A stretch of DNA of 64,000 nt from an uncultured Gemmatimonadaceae bacterium (GTDB taxonomy: Bacteria > Gemmatimonadota > Gemmatimonadetes > Gemmatimonadales > GWC2-71-9): NCBI GenBank assembly GCA_964449145.1, contig CAYUYF010000006.1, forward strand, positions 2,847 through 66,846, written 5' to 3'. The notes beneath the pieces are model-generated. The model searched no databases, had not been told where the DNA came from, and was given only the letters and a program-made list of their open reading frames with translations. Below, piece by piece: positions 53,647 to 61,646 of the stretch (position 1 is the stretch's first letter; every line of letters starts with the position of its first letter). A program made the translations under genes and the position numbers.

Positions 53647-54107
53647 CCGCGCCCGTCCAGGAGACGGCCCGGCCAGCGGCCTTCGTGGTCGCGTCCCGGC
53701 TCTTCGGCCCGCTGTCCATCCACCCCGACAACGTCCTGGTCATGCCGGAGGGCATGCTCGGCTTCGCCGGGGAGCGGCGTTTTGTGCTGCTCCCCGCCGC
53801 GCCGGAGGGTGTGTTCTGGCTGCAGAGCGTGGACGACGGTGCGCTCATCTTCCTGCTGGTGGATCCCTTCCGGTTCTTTCCCGGGTATGAGGTGGACTCG
53901 CCCGATATACCGGACGCCGGTCCGGCGGAAGGAGTGGCGGTCCTGACCATCGTGACCCTGCCTCGCGGGAGGGGGGAGCCCTGCACCGCCAACCTGCAGG
54001 GCCCGCTCGTGCTGCAGACGCCGGCGCACATCGTCCGCCAGGTCCTCCTCGAGGATCCGCGGTATCACACCCGGCACGAGCTGGACCTGCGGAGCCAGTT
54101 GCAGTGA
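53643..54107 (+). CDS. fliW: Flagellar assembly factor FliW (CsrA antagonist)
   Basis: The FliW pattern FGPLSIHPDNVLVMPEGMLGF...FVLL...FWLQSVDD...FLLVDPF...NLQGPLVL. The GTG start overlaps the flgL stop (GTGA). Confidence 0.9.
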   Translation: MTAPVQETARPAAFVVASRLFGPLSIHPDNVLVMPEGMLGFAGERRFVLLPAAPEGVFWLQSVDDGALIFLLVDPFRFFPGYEVDSPDIPDAGPAEGVAVLTIVTLPRGRGEPCTANLQGPLVLQTPAHIVRQVLLEDPRYHTRHELDLRSQLQ

Positions 54108-55393
54108 CGGCCGGCTCGGCGACCCGGCAGCCCAGGGACTCGAGTGCCCGCCTCGGTTCCGCGGTGACGCACCAGGTCGCCGAGCCGCCGACTCGCCGGC
54201 CCGCCGACTCGCCGCTCATTATTGACTGGGAACTCTCCACCTCCCACGGCTGGGGCATCTTCGGCCTCAACCTCGCCCTGCAGCTGGTCAGGCAGGGCCG
54301 GGGCCTGCCGGCCCTCCTCCTGCCACCCGATCTGCGCGACGCCTCACCACTGGTGCAGGCGCTCCTCCAGGAGGTGGCGAGCACCCAGCCGGTCCTCGGT
54401 CGCATCCTGACCGACGCCGGGCCGCATGTGGTCGACACCGACTATCCCGCCCTCCGGGGCCTGGGGCCCGGCCTCGAGCCCAGGCCCGCGAGCGTCCAAC
54501 TGCGTAGCTCACGGAATGCCGGCATGACCTTTCTGGAGGACACGGAGGTCTCGGCCCGCGCCCGCGGCTGGGGGAACGCCTTTGATGTGCTCATCGCCGG
54601 GTCCCGCTGGACCGGGGCCCTGCTGGAAGCCAGCGGGATCCGCAATGTCCGGATCGCGCAGCAGGGCATCGACCCGGCCGTCTTTCATCCCGGTCCAGGG
54701 TCGGGGCTGCTGGAGGGGCGATTCGTGGTCTTCTCTGGCGGCAAGCTGGAATACCGCAAGGGCCAGGACCTGGTGGTGGCGGCTTTCCGCATCTTCGTGC
54801 AGCAGCATCCCGAAGCGCTGCTTGTCGCGGCCTGGCACAACCCCTGGCCGCACACGGCGGTTGGCGTGGACCGCATGGAGCATGTCCGCGGCCTGCCGGC
54901 GCCCAACGGCGCCGGCGGTCTGGCCATCGGTCCCTGGCTGGTGGCCAACGGCCTGCCGGCCGAGAACGTACTCGTGCCCGGTCCCATGCCGAACATGGCC
55001 ATGGGACCGCTCCTCCGCGATGCCGACCTGGCGGTCTTTCCCAATCGCTGTGAAGGTGGCACCAACCTGGTGGCCATGGAGGCGATGGCGACCGGTGTGC
55101 CATGCATCCTGTCGGCCAATACCGGCCATCTCGACCTGATCCAGGAGGACCACTGCCATCCGCTCACGCTGCAGCGGCCGGTAGCCGGGGGTTGTCCGCT
55201 GTATCGCGGGTACGAGGGGTGGGGGGAGTCCGATATCGGCGAGATGGTCGAGCTGATGGAGCGGGTGTACACCCACCGGGCGGAGGCGCGCGCTCGTGCC
55301 GCACGGGCGGCGGAGTGGATGCTGCGCGAGTGGACCTGGGAGGCCCGCATGACGGACCTGCTGGACCTCCTGACCGAGCACGACATCCTCTGA
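54104..55393 (+). CDS. GT-B fold glycosyltransferase (group 1/GT4-like)
   Basis: C-terminal nucleotide-sugar domain VVFSGGKLEYRKGQDLVV...FPNRCEGGTNLVAMEAMATGVPCI. The GTG start overlaps the fliW stop (GTGA); the true start could lie further downstream. Confidence 0.85.
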   Translation: MTAGSATRQPRDSSARLGSAVTHQVAEPPTRRPADSPLIIDWELSTSHGWGIFGLNLALQLVRQGRGLPALLLPPDLRDASPLVQALLQEVASTQPVLGRILTDAGPHVVDTDYPALRGLGPGLEPRPASVQLRSSRNAGMTFLEDTEVSARARGWGNAFDVLIAGSRWTGALLEASGIRNVRIAQQGIDPAVFHPGPGSGLLEGRFVVFSGGKLEYRKGQDLVVAAFRIFVQQHPEALLVAAWHNPWPHTAVGVDRMEHVRGLPAPNGAGGLAIGPWLVANGLPAENVLVPGPMPNMAMGPLLRDADLAVFPNRCEGGTNLVAMEAMATGVPCILSANTGHLDLIQEDHCHPLTLQRPVAGGCPLYRGYEGWGESDIGEMVELMERVYTHRAEARARAARAAEWMLREWTWEARMTDLLDLLTEHDIL

Positions 55394-55406
55394 GCCCACA
55401 CCCGCC

Positions 55407-56651
55407 TCAGGAAAAGAGCAGCAGTTCCTCCCGCGCGGCAAACTCGAAGAACCGGCCAAGGTGACCCAGTTGCTCGGCCGGGCCCGCCCCGGGCACCGCC
55501 GCGGCGACCTCAGGAATTCCCAGCAACTCCATCGCCGTCCGGGTGCCGTCGCACCAGGCCAGCACCGGCTGCGCCCACCCCTCCAGCGTGAGCGCAATCC
55601 GGGGTCCCTCGGTGGCCCAGTGCGGCAGGACCCAGACCGTTATCGGACGGCCTTCGACTGAGCGCTGCTCAAGGCGGCCCGAGCCCCAGTCAAAGAACAC
55701 CATGGGCCTCGGCCGCTGGCGGAGGAGCACCGACCGGACCGGTGGGAGCCGCAGCGGCCGGTAGCCCGCCGCCGTCACGAAACAGCGGTGCTGAGTCATG
55801 TTCCCGTGCAGCAACTCGGCCACCCGTGGCTTTTCTTCGGCGGGCAGCGCGGAGAGCTGGGCGTGCAGTGGCCCCCGGGTCAGGTACCGTTCGGGTTCGT
55901 AGGCCGGCGGCGCAAACCACCGCTCCAGCCTGAGCCCCGCCTGCACGATCAGCTCTTGCAGCTCCATGACGGTGAAGCTCACGTCATGGGGGTGCAGCAG
56001 GAGGTCGGCGATGCCGGCGTCACCCTGCCAGTCGTGCTCGCTCCATCTGGAGGGCTGGTACGGGTGACTGGGCGGAAGGCCCTGGACCAGTTCGCGGGCC
56101 AGGCCGATCCGTTCGTCGAGCTCCGCCCCCTGCGCGACCCGCCGCAGCAGCTCCTGCAGCAGGTACACTGCCTGGCGCCCGTGAGTCGCGTAGACCATCA
56201 GGCCCATGCCCCCACGCGCTGCCAGCAGGCCGGCCAGGCGCCGGGCGCCGGCCAGCGGATCCTGGAGGTGGTGCAGGACGCCGGCACAGATGATGTAGTC
56301 GAATGGCCCTTGAGCGGTCGGTGCCTCGATGCTGCCGTGACAGAATCGGATCCGGCCCCCAACCCCTTCCCGCCGGGCTCGCTCCCGGGCAACCTCGAGA
56401 GAGGCCTCACTCAGGTCCATCCCGGTGACCTGCACCCCGGGGAAGTCGCGTGCGAGGCGCACCACCGTATGACCGGTCCCGCAGCCGGCGTCCAGCACCC
56501 GGAGACCGTCAAGGCCGTCGCGCTCCGGCCACAGCACGTGCCGGACGTAATCCATCGCCGCGAAGACCGGGTAGCCGGCCGCGGCGCCGTCGGGGGGGTA
56601 CGGGTAGCGTTCGTAGAGCGCGCGGACAGCGCCTTGTACCGAGGCGCTCAC
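55407..56651 (-). CDS. Class I SAM-dependent methyltransferase with an unassigned C-terminal domain
   Basis: SAM motif I VLDAGCGTGH and the post-I/II pattern. About 200 further residues carry no motif I recognise. Confidence 0.8.
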   Translation of the reverse strand: MSASVQGAVRALYERYPYPPDGAAAGYPVFAAMDYVRHVLWPERDGLDGLRVLDAGCGTGHTVVRLARDFPGVQVTGMDLSEASLEVARERARREGVGGRIRFCHGSIEAPTAQGPFDYIICAGVLHHLQDPLAGARRLAGLLAARGGMGLMVYATHGRQAVYLLQELLRRVAQGAELDERIGLARELVQGLPPSHPYQPSRWSEHDWQGDAGIADLLLHPHDVSFTVMELQELIVQAGLRLERWFAPPAYEPERYLTRGPLHAQLSALPAEEKPRVAELLHGNMTQHRCFVTAAGYRPLRLPPVRSVLLRQRPRPMVFFDWGSGRLEQRSVEGRPITVWVLPHWATEGPRIALTLEGWAQPVLAWCDGTRTAMELLGIPEVAAAVPGAGPAEQLGHLGRFFEFAAREELLLFS

Positions 56652-58027
56652 GCCCGCAGGAACAGCAGATTGAAGGTGCCCTCACCACCGAGGCTCTGGT
56701 CATCCGCCAGCGGGGTCACGCCGGTCGCATCCGGGTTGAGCAGAGCTGCCTGGTAGCCGATCAGCCGCATGAACCCGCGCAGGTGCGCCTCACTGGCGCC
56801 TTTGCGGATCAGGGCGGCGCAGTCAAGCTCGCAGATGATGAACGGGACCTCGTGAGCCATGATGGTCCGGAGTGCACCCTTGAGAATCTCGTACTCCGAT
56901 CCCGGGGCGTGAATCCGGATCAGTCGGAGGCCCCGCGCCGGTGCCGCCTCGCCGAGCACCCCGTCGAGGGTAACCACCTCCACACCGCCGTTGCTCCCTG
57001 CAATGGCGCCGACCGCCGCCGGCCAGGCTCGGACCTGGCCAAGGCCGTTCAGCTCCAGGTGTTCTTGGAGCCGGCGGAATCCGCCCGCCGCTGGCTCGAA
57101 GGCGTAGACCACACCGGAAGCGCCGACGACCCGGCCTGCGATCGCGCTGAAGTAGCCCGCTTCCGCCCCGACGTCCGCGACGGCGTCGCCAGGCTCCAGG
57201 ACGTTGGTCAGGAAATAGGCGACCTCCGGCGCGTGGAATCCGCCGGCCTCGACCGCATCGAGGATGGCCCGCTCCCGGTCCACCCCACGGTCGAGGCGCA
57301 GTTCCAGGTGCCTCGACGCACCCTGCACCTCGAACCCGAGCGACAGTGTTTTCATGCCAGCGGCATTCATCCTGGGTGGTGCTTCGGCTCCCCCGAGCCG
57401 GCAGATGAAACCAAGGTAGACGTCCGGACCTGCGCCGGTCTCATGATTGATGTGAAAGGCCTCCAGCACGCCGAACCCGGCCCGGGTGAGCAGCGCCAGC
57501 CACGCGTTCTGACCCAGCACCGAGTAGTGATTCGGGTTCCACTCGTGCCGGCAAGCCGTGTCGGGAGCGGGCACCTCGACATACAGGAACCCACCCGGCG
57601 CCAGCACCCTGCGGAATTCCGCCAGAGTGAAACAGGGCGCGATGCTGTGCTCAAGGCAGTGACGGCACCAGACCAGGTCGAACTCGCCCGGGGAGAACTC
57701 CAGGAATGACTGGTCCATACGGCGAGCGTCATGGCCAAGCCGGGTGCAGGCGGACAGGTCCTCCTCGCTGAGGGTCACCCCCACCGCGTTCAGGCCCGCC
57801 TCCCGGAAGCCGGCCAGGCCTACGCCCTGCCCACAACCGACATCGAGTACCCGGGCGCCTGATGGAAACCCGGCGGCGGCCCGGACCCGCTCCCACGCCC
57901 GGCGGGAGATCTCCTCATGGCCAGCGGAAGGCGGTTCGGGATAGACGTCCCGGGCAATCCGATCGAGGAACGCGTCGAGGCGATCGTAGCGGCGGCGGGT
58001 GTCCGCCGGTGGGCTATCGGTGCGCAC
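56648..58027 (-). CDS. Fused double methyltransferase (class I SAM MTase + FkbM-type MTase)
   Basis: N-terminal half has VLDVGCGQGV...LVWCRHCLEH. C-terminal half has VADVGAEAGYFS...YAFEP, which is FkbM-like. Its stop overlaps the downstream gene's start. Confidence 0.8.
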   Translation of the reverse strand: MRTDSPPADTRRRYDRLDAFLDRIARDVYPEPPSAGHEEISRRAWERVRAAAGFPSGARVLDVGCGQGVGLAGFREAGLNAVGVTLSEEDLSACTRLGHDARRMDQSFLEFSPGEFDLVWCRHCLEHSIAPCFTLAEFRRVLAPGGFLYVEVPAPDTACRHEWNPNHYSVLGQNAWLALLTRAGFGVLEAFHINHETGAGPDVYLGFICRLGGAEAPPRMNAAGMKTLSLGFEVQGASRHLELRLDRGVDRERAILDAVEAGGFHAPEVAYFLTNVLEPGDAVADVGAEAGYFSAIAGRVVGASGVVYAFEPAAGGFRRLQEHLELNGLGQVRAWPAAVGAIAGSNGGVEVVTLDGVLGEAAPARGLRLIRIHAPGSEYEILKGALRTIMAHEVPFIICELDCAALIRKGASEAHLRGFMRLIGYQAALLNPDATGVTPLADDQSLGGEGTFNLLFLRA

Positions 58028-60130
58028 TCAGCGGACTCCGGCCTCAGGCATGATCGCCGCACCGAGTTCTTGCCGTACCTGCTCGATCACACTGGCCCAG
58101 TCGCCCGGCTTCGGCTGACGGAAGAGCCGCGCCGTGGGATACCACACGCTGTCACCCGCCTGGCCATTCCAGCGCCAGTCGGGCGCGGCGCTGAGCAGCA
58201 CCCAGCAGTCCAGCGCAAGCCCGCCGGCCAGGTGCGCGACGGATGTGTCAATGGAGATCACCAGGTCGAGCTGGCCGGCGAGGGCCGCGGTGTCGGCAAA
58301 GTTGTGAATCAGCGGAGAGAGGTCGATCACCTTCTCTCGGGCCGGATGCTGGGCCAGCTGGGCGGCGTGCTCCCCGACTTGCAGGGAGTACCAGGTCACT
58401 CCCGGCAGGGTAAAGAGGGGGGCGAGCTGGTCCAGGGGGATGCTGCGCCGGGGATTTGGCTTGTGTGAACCGCCCCAGACGAGCCCGATCCGCAGCCCAT
58501 CGCCCGGGGGCAGGACGGGGATCTTGGCCGACCAAGCCTGCGCAGGCAGGTAGGGGACACGATTGGGGACCATGGTCAGCCGGGTGCCAAAGAGATGCGG
58601 CAGCGACAGCAACGGGACATGGCAGTGGAACTCCGGCAGCGGCTCACCCTGCGCCACCGCGAAGGACACTGACGGCATCGCCTCCAGAAGCCGCTTGAGC
58701 GAGGGCTGGCATTCCAGTACGACCCGCCCGCCCCGCTCCGCCACCAGCGGGAGGTAGCGCACAAACTGCAGCGTATCGCCGAGGCCCTGCTCGCAGTGTA
58801 CCAGGATGGTCCGGCCATCGAGCGGTCCGCCGTTCCAGCGCGGGACCCCGAACTCCCGTGGCTTGAGTCCGATGTCCCCCACCAGCCAGCGCCACTCGTA
58901 CCCTTTCCACCCTTCCTCGTAGTCCCCGGCGGCCAGCAGGGCCAGCCCGCGGTTCCACTCAGCGGGGGCGTATCCGGGTTCGAGCTGACGGGAACGGTCG
59001 AAGGCCGCCACGGCCTCCTGGGTGCGGCCCTCTTCCTGGAGGGCATTGCCAAGATTGTACCAGGCCCGGCTGAACTCGGGCTTGAGTTCCAGTGCGCGGC
59101 GGTAGGCGGTGATCGCTTCTGACGGGCGGTCCAGCTGCATGAGGGTTGCCCCGAGGTTACTGAACGCATCGGCAAAATCGGACTTGAACGACAGGGCGGC
59201 CCGGTAGCTGGCCATCGCCTCCGTCGGCTTCTCCAGCTCGCCGAGGAGGACCCCGAGGTTGAAATGCGCCTCGGCATAGTCCGGCCGGGCCACCAGCGCC
59301 TGCCGATAGGCCGATTGCGCCTGATCCAGATAGCCCAGCGACTTGCAGACGTTCCCCATGTGGTTGTGCGCGTCGGGATTGACCGGGTCCAGGGCCAGGG
59401 CGGCCTGCAGCGCGTCGGCAGCGGGGTGGAAGCGGCCAGCCTCCCACAAGGCGGAGCCCAGGTTGCAGTAGGCCCCGGTAAAGGCGGGGTCGAGCGACAC
59501 TGCGCGCTCGTAGGCGGCGATGGCCTCTTCCAGCCGGCCCGCGTCGCGAAGCGCGTTGCCACACTGGTCGTGGGCGGCCGCGAACTCGGGCCGGGCCCGG
59601 ATGGCGGCTTCGAAACTCGCCAGCGCCTCCTCCCCGCGTCCGAGTTGCCGCAGCACGATGCCCTGATTCAGATGGGCCTCGGCAAAGCCCGGCTGGCGCT
59701 TGATCGCCTCCTGGTACGCCAGCAGAGCCTCGGGCGTCCGGCCCAGGTCCCGCAGGGCGTTACCCAGGTTTCCCCACGGGAGCGGGTTGGCCGGAGCCAG
59801 CGTGATGGCCTCCCGGTAGGCCGCGACGGCGTCGTCGGTACGGCCGAGGGCCCGCAGCACGTTGCCCCGGTTTGAGTGGGCATCGGCAAAGGTGGCGGAG
59901 CGGGCCAGCGCCTTGTCAATCAGCTCCAGCGCTTCCAGCGCCCGGCCGCCCTGGAACGCCAGCACCCCAGCCAGATGCAGGGCATCCGGATGATCGGGGA
60001 CCAGCTCCAGCACCTGCCGATAGATGGGTGCGGCCTCGCCGAGGCGGCCCGACTGGTGATACTGGACCGCGGTGCGCAGCAGGTTGCCCACCTCATCGGG
60101 GTGTGGGCGCTGCCTGGCGAGTGTGGACAT
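58028..60130 (-). CDS. TPR-repeat protein fused to a GT9-fold (heptosyltransferase-like) glycosyltransferase domain
   Basis: About 400 aa of TPR-like repeats (repeated A..Y..AL...P....A..NLG), then EQGLGDTLQFVRYLP...GLVWGG...FADTAALAGQLDLVISIDTSVAHLAGGL...DWRW. ATG 60130 follows GGAGG at 7 nt. Confidence 0.85.
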   Translation of the reverse strand: MSTLARQRPHPDEVGNLLRTAVQYHQSGRLGEAAPIYRQVLELVPDHPDALHLAGVLAFQGGRALEALELIDKALARSATFADAHSNRGNVLRALGRTDDAVAAYREAITLAPANPLPWGNLGNALRDLGRTPEALLAYQEAIKRQPGFAEAHLNQGIVLRQLGRGEEALASFEAAIRARPEFAAAHDQCGNALRDAGRLEEAIAAYERAVSLDPAFTGAYCNLGSALWEAGRFHPAADALQAALALDPVNPDAHNHMGNVCKSLGYLDQAQSAYRQALVARPDYAEAHFNLGVLLGELEKPTEAMASYRAALSFKSDFADAFSNLGATLMQLDRPSEAITAYRRALELKPEFSRAWYNLGNALQEEGRTQEAVAAFDRSRQLEPGYAPAEWNRGLALLAAGDYEEGWKGYEWRWLVGDIGLKPREFGVPRWNGGPLDGRTILVHCEQGLGDTLQFVRYLPLVAERGGRVVLECQPSLKRLLEAMPSVSFAVAQGEPLPEFHCHVPLLSLPHLFGTRLTMVPNRVPYLPAQAWSAKIPVLPPGDGLRIGLVWGGSHKPNPRRSIPLDQLAPLFTLPGVTWYSLQVGEHAAQLAQHPAREKVIDLSPLIHNFADTAALAGQLDLVISIDTSVAHLAGGLALDCWVLLSAAPDWRWNGQAGDSVWYPTARLFRQPKPGDWASVIEQVRQELGAAIMPEAGVR

Positions 60131-60174
60131 CGGGCTGCCTCCAACGAGACGGGCGGGTAGTGCTGGGGGCAAAG

Positions 60175-60189
60175 GCAATGCGGAGGCCA
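60175..60189 (-). promoter_or_regulatory. Weak sigma54-like promoter candidate for the TPR-GT/methyltransferase operon
   Basis: The minus strand reads TGGCCT-CCGCA-TTGC-C, with 2 mismatches in the -24 box and a perfect -12. The -12 element lies about 45 nt upstream of ATG 60130. Confidence 0.3.
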
Positions 60190-60341
60190 CGGGACGACGG
60201 CGGCGCGGTCAGCCCCTCGGTTGCCAGCTAACACCATACGTGTCAAGGGCTTGCATCCGTGACACCGACCTTGGCCCTGAGCCCTTGAGCCCGGGGCCCT
60301 GCGGCCCCCAGACGCCTCACCGGCAGGAACCTCCGCCCCCG

Positions 60342-60360
60342 ATTGCCGGAACCCGGCAAT
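60342..60360. promoter_or_regulatory. Perfect inverted repeat ATTGCCGG-AAC-CCGGCAAT upstream of the flagellin promoter (possible operator)
   Basis: 8-bp arms with a 3-bp spacer, ending 18 nt before the -35 element of the fliC sigma28 promoter, in the divergent intergenic region. Confidence 0.3.
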
Positions 60361-60377
60361 AGGGGGAGGTCGGGCCC

Positions 60378-60404
60378 TCAAGTCTTCGAGCGGACCGCCG
60401 ATAC
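60378..60404 (+). promoter_or_regulatory. Sigma28 (FliA) promoter of the flagellin gene
   Basis: TCAAGTCT-N11-GCCGATAC against the consensus TAAAGTTT-N11-GCCGATAA. The -10 element lies about 80 nt upstream of the fliC ATG. Confidence 0.65.
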
Positions 60405-60432
60405 AAGCAGCATCGGCCACTGGTGGTCGAAT

Positions 60433-60478
60433 TTCGCAGGACGAAGCAGGGACGCTTCGCTATTCGCAGGACCAGGAG
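60433..60478 (+). promoter_or_regulatory. Flagellin 5' leader with four GGA motifs (candidate CsrA binding sites, one overlapping the SD)
   Basis: TTCGCAGGAC occurs twice (60433-42 and 60463-72). GGA motifs sit in potential loops TTCG-CAGGA-CGAA and GAAGC-AGGGAC-GCTTC. The SD AGGAG is at 60474-78. Confidence 0.45.
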
Positions 60479-60485
60479 AAATACG

Positions 60486-61628
60486 ATGTCACGCATCAAC
60501 ACCAACGTCGCCGCCAACAACGCGTACAAGAACCTGAACGCCACTTCAGGCATGCTGGAGAAGTCCATCCAGAAGCTGTCGAGTGGGTTCCGGATCAATC
60601 GTTCCGCGGACGACGCCGCCGGCCTCGCGATCGCCAACAAGCTCCGTTCCGATGTGCGCTCGCTGATGCAGGCGTCGCGGAATGCGAGTGCGGCGAACTC
60701 GATGCTGCAGGTCGCGGACGGCGCCATCAACACCGTGGCGACCATCCTCGACCGCATGAAGGAACTGGCCTCGCAGGCCAACTCGGCCAATGTCGGCGCC
60801 CAGGCGGACAAGCTGCAGGCGGAGTTCACCTCGCTGCTGTCGGAAATCGACCGGATCGCCGCGACCACGACCTACAACGGCACCGCGCTCACCAACGGCG
60901 GCTTCGGTTCCGGGCTGGACAAGACGGCCTCGACCGCGTGGACCACGGCCGGCGCCAACATCGCGGACATCCAGCTCAACGGCACCGCGGTCGGCACCTA
61001 CACCTTTGCCTCCGCGGCCGCGACCGCGACGCTGACCCGCACCGCGGACGCGGTTTCGCAGGTCGTGACCGGCATCAGCGCCACGGCGCGTTCCAGCGTG
61101 AACTTCTCCACGTTCGGCATCAACGTTGAGGGGTCGGCGGGTTGGGTCGGCGCCGCAGGCGCCAATACCACGACCATCGTCGTGACTGCCGGCACCAGCG
61201 GCTCGTTCATGGTGAGCTCCAGCGGCAACTACGGTTCCAGCGACCTGGTCTCGGTGAGCGGGATCGACGTCCGGTCCAGCCAGGCCACCGGCCTTGACCT
61301 GGGCTCGGGCGGCTTCAACCTGGCGACCGCGCTGCTGAGCGCGACCAACGCCCAGGGCGCCCTGAGCCGGATCGATACCGCGATCGACAAGCTCGCGACG
61401 TCGATCGGCACGGTGGGTGCCGCGCAGAGCCGGATCGAGTTCGCCTCCACCAACGTGGCCAACCTGATCCAGAACACCGCGGCCGCCGAGTCGGTCATCC
61501 GCGATGCCGACATGGCGTTCGAAATGACCGTGTTCACCAAGTACCAGATCCTGCAGCAGGCCGGCACGGCGATGCTGGCGCAGGCCAACCAGGTTCCGCA
61601 GTCGATCCTGACCCTGCTGCGCGGCTGA
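60486..61628 (+). CDS. fliC: Flagellin
   Basis: N-terminus MSRINTNVAANNAYKNLNATSGMLEKSIQKLSSGFRINRSADDAAGLAIANKL; C-terminus TKYQILQQAGTAMLAQANQVPQSILTLLRG. The central region is Ser/Thr-rich. ATG 60486 follows AGGAG. Confidence 0.95.
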   Translation: MSRINTNVAANNAYKNLNATSGMLEKSIQKLSSGFRINRSADDAAGLAIANKLRSDVRSLMQASRNASAANSMLQVADGAINTVATILDRMKELASQANSANVGAQADKLQAEFTSLLSEIDRIAATTTYNGTALTNGGFGSGLDKTASTAWTTAGANIADIQLNGTAVGTYTFASAAATATLTRTADAVSQVVTGISATARSSVNFSTFGINVEGSAGWVGAAGANTTTIVVTAGTSGSFMVSSSGNYGSSDLVSVSGIDVRSSQATGLDLGSGGFNLATALLSATNAQGALSRIDTAIDKLATSIGTVGAAQSRIEFASTNVANLIQNTAAAESVIRDADMAFEMTVFTKYQILQQAGTAMLAQANQVPQSILTLLRG

Positions 61629-61646
61629 TCGGTTCCAAGGCGGTAT

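Noticed and set aside
60241-60246. Perfect TTGACA (minus strand) and neighbouring TTGCCA/TTGCAT strings in the fliC/TPR-GT divergent region as sigma70 -35 boxes.
   Set aside because: No acceptable -10 hexamer lies at 16-18 nt spacing on either strand, so these are left unassigned.
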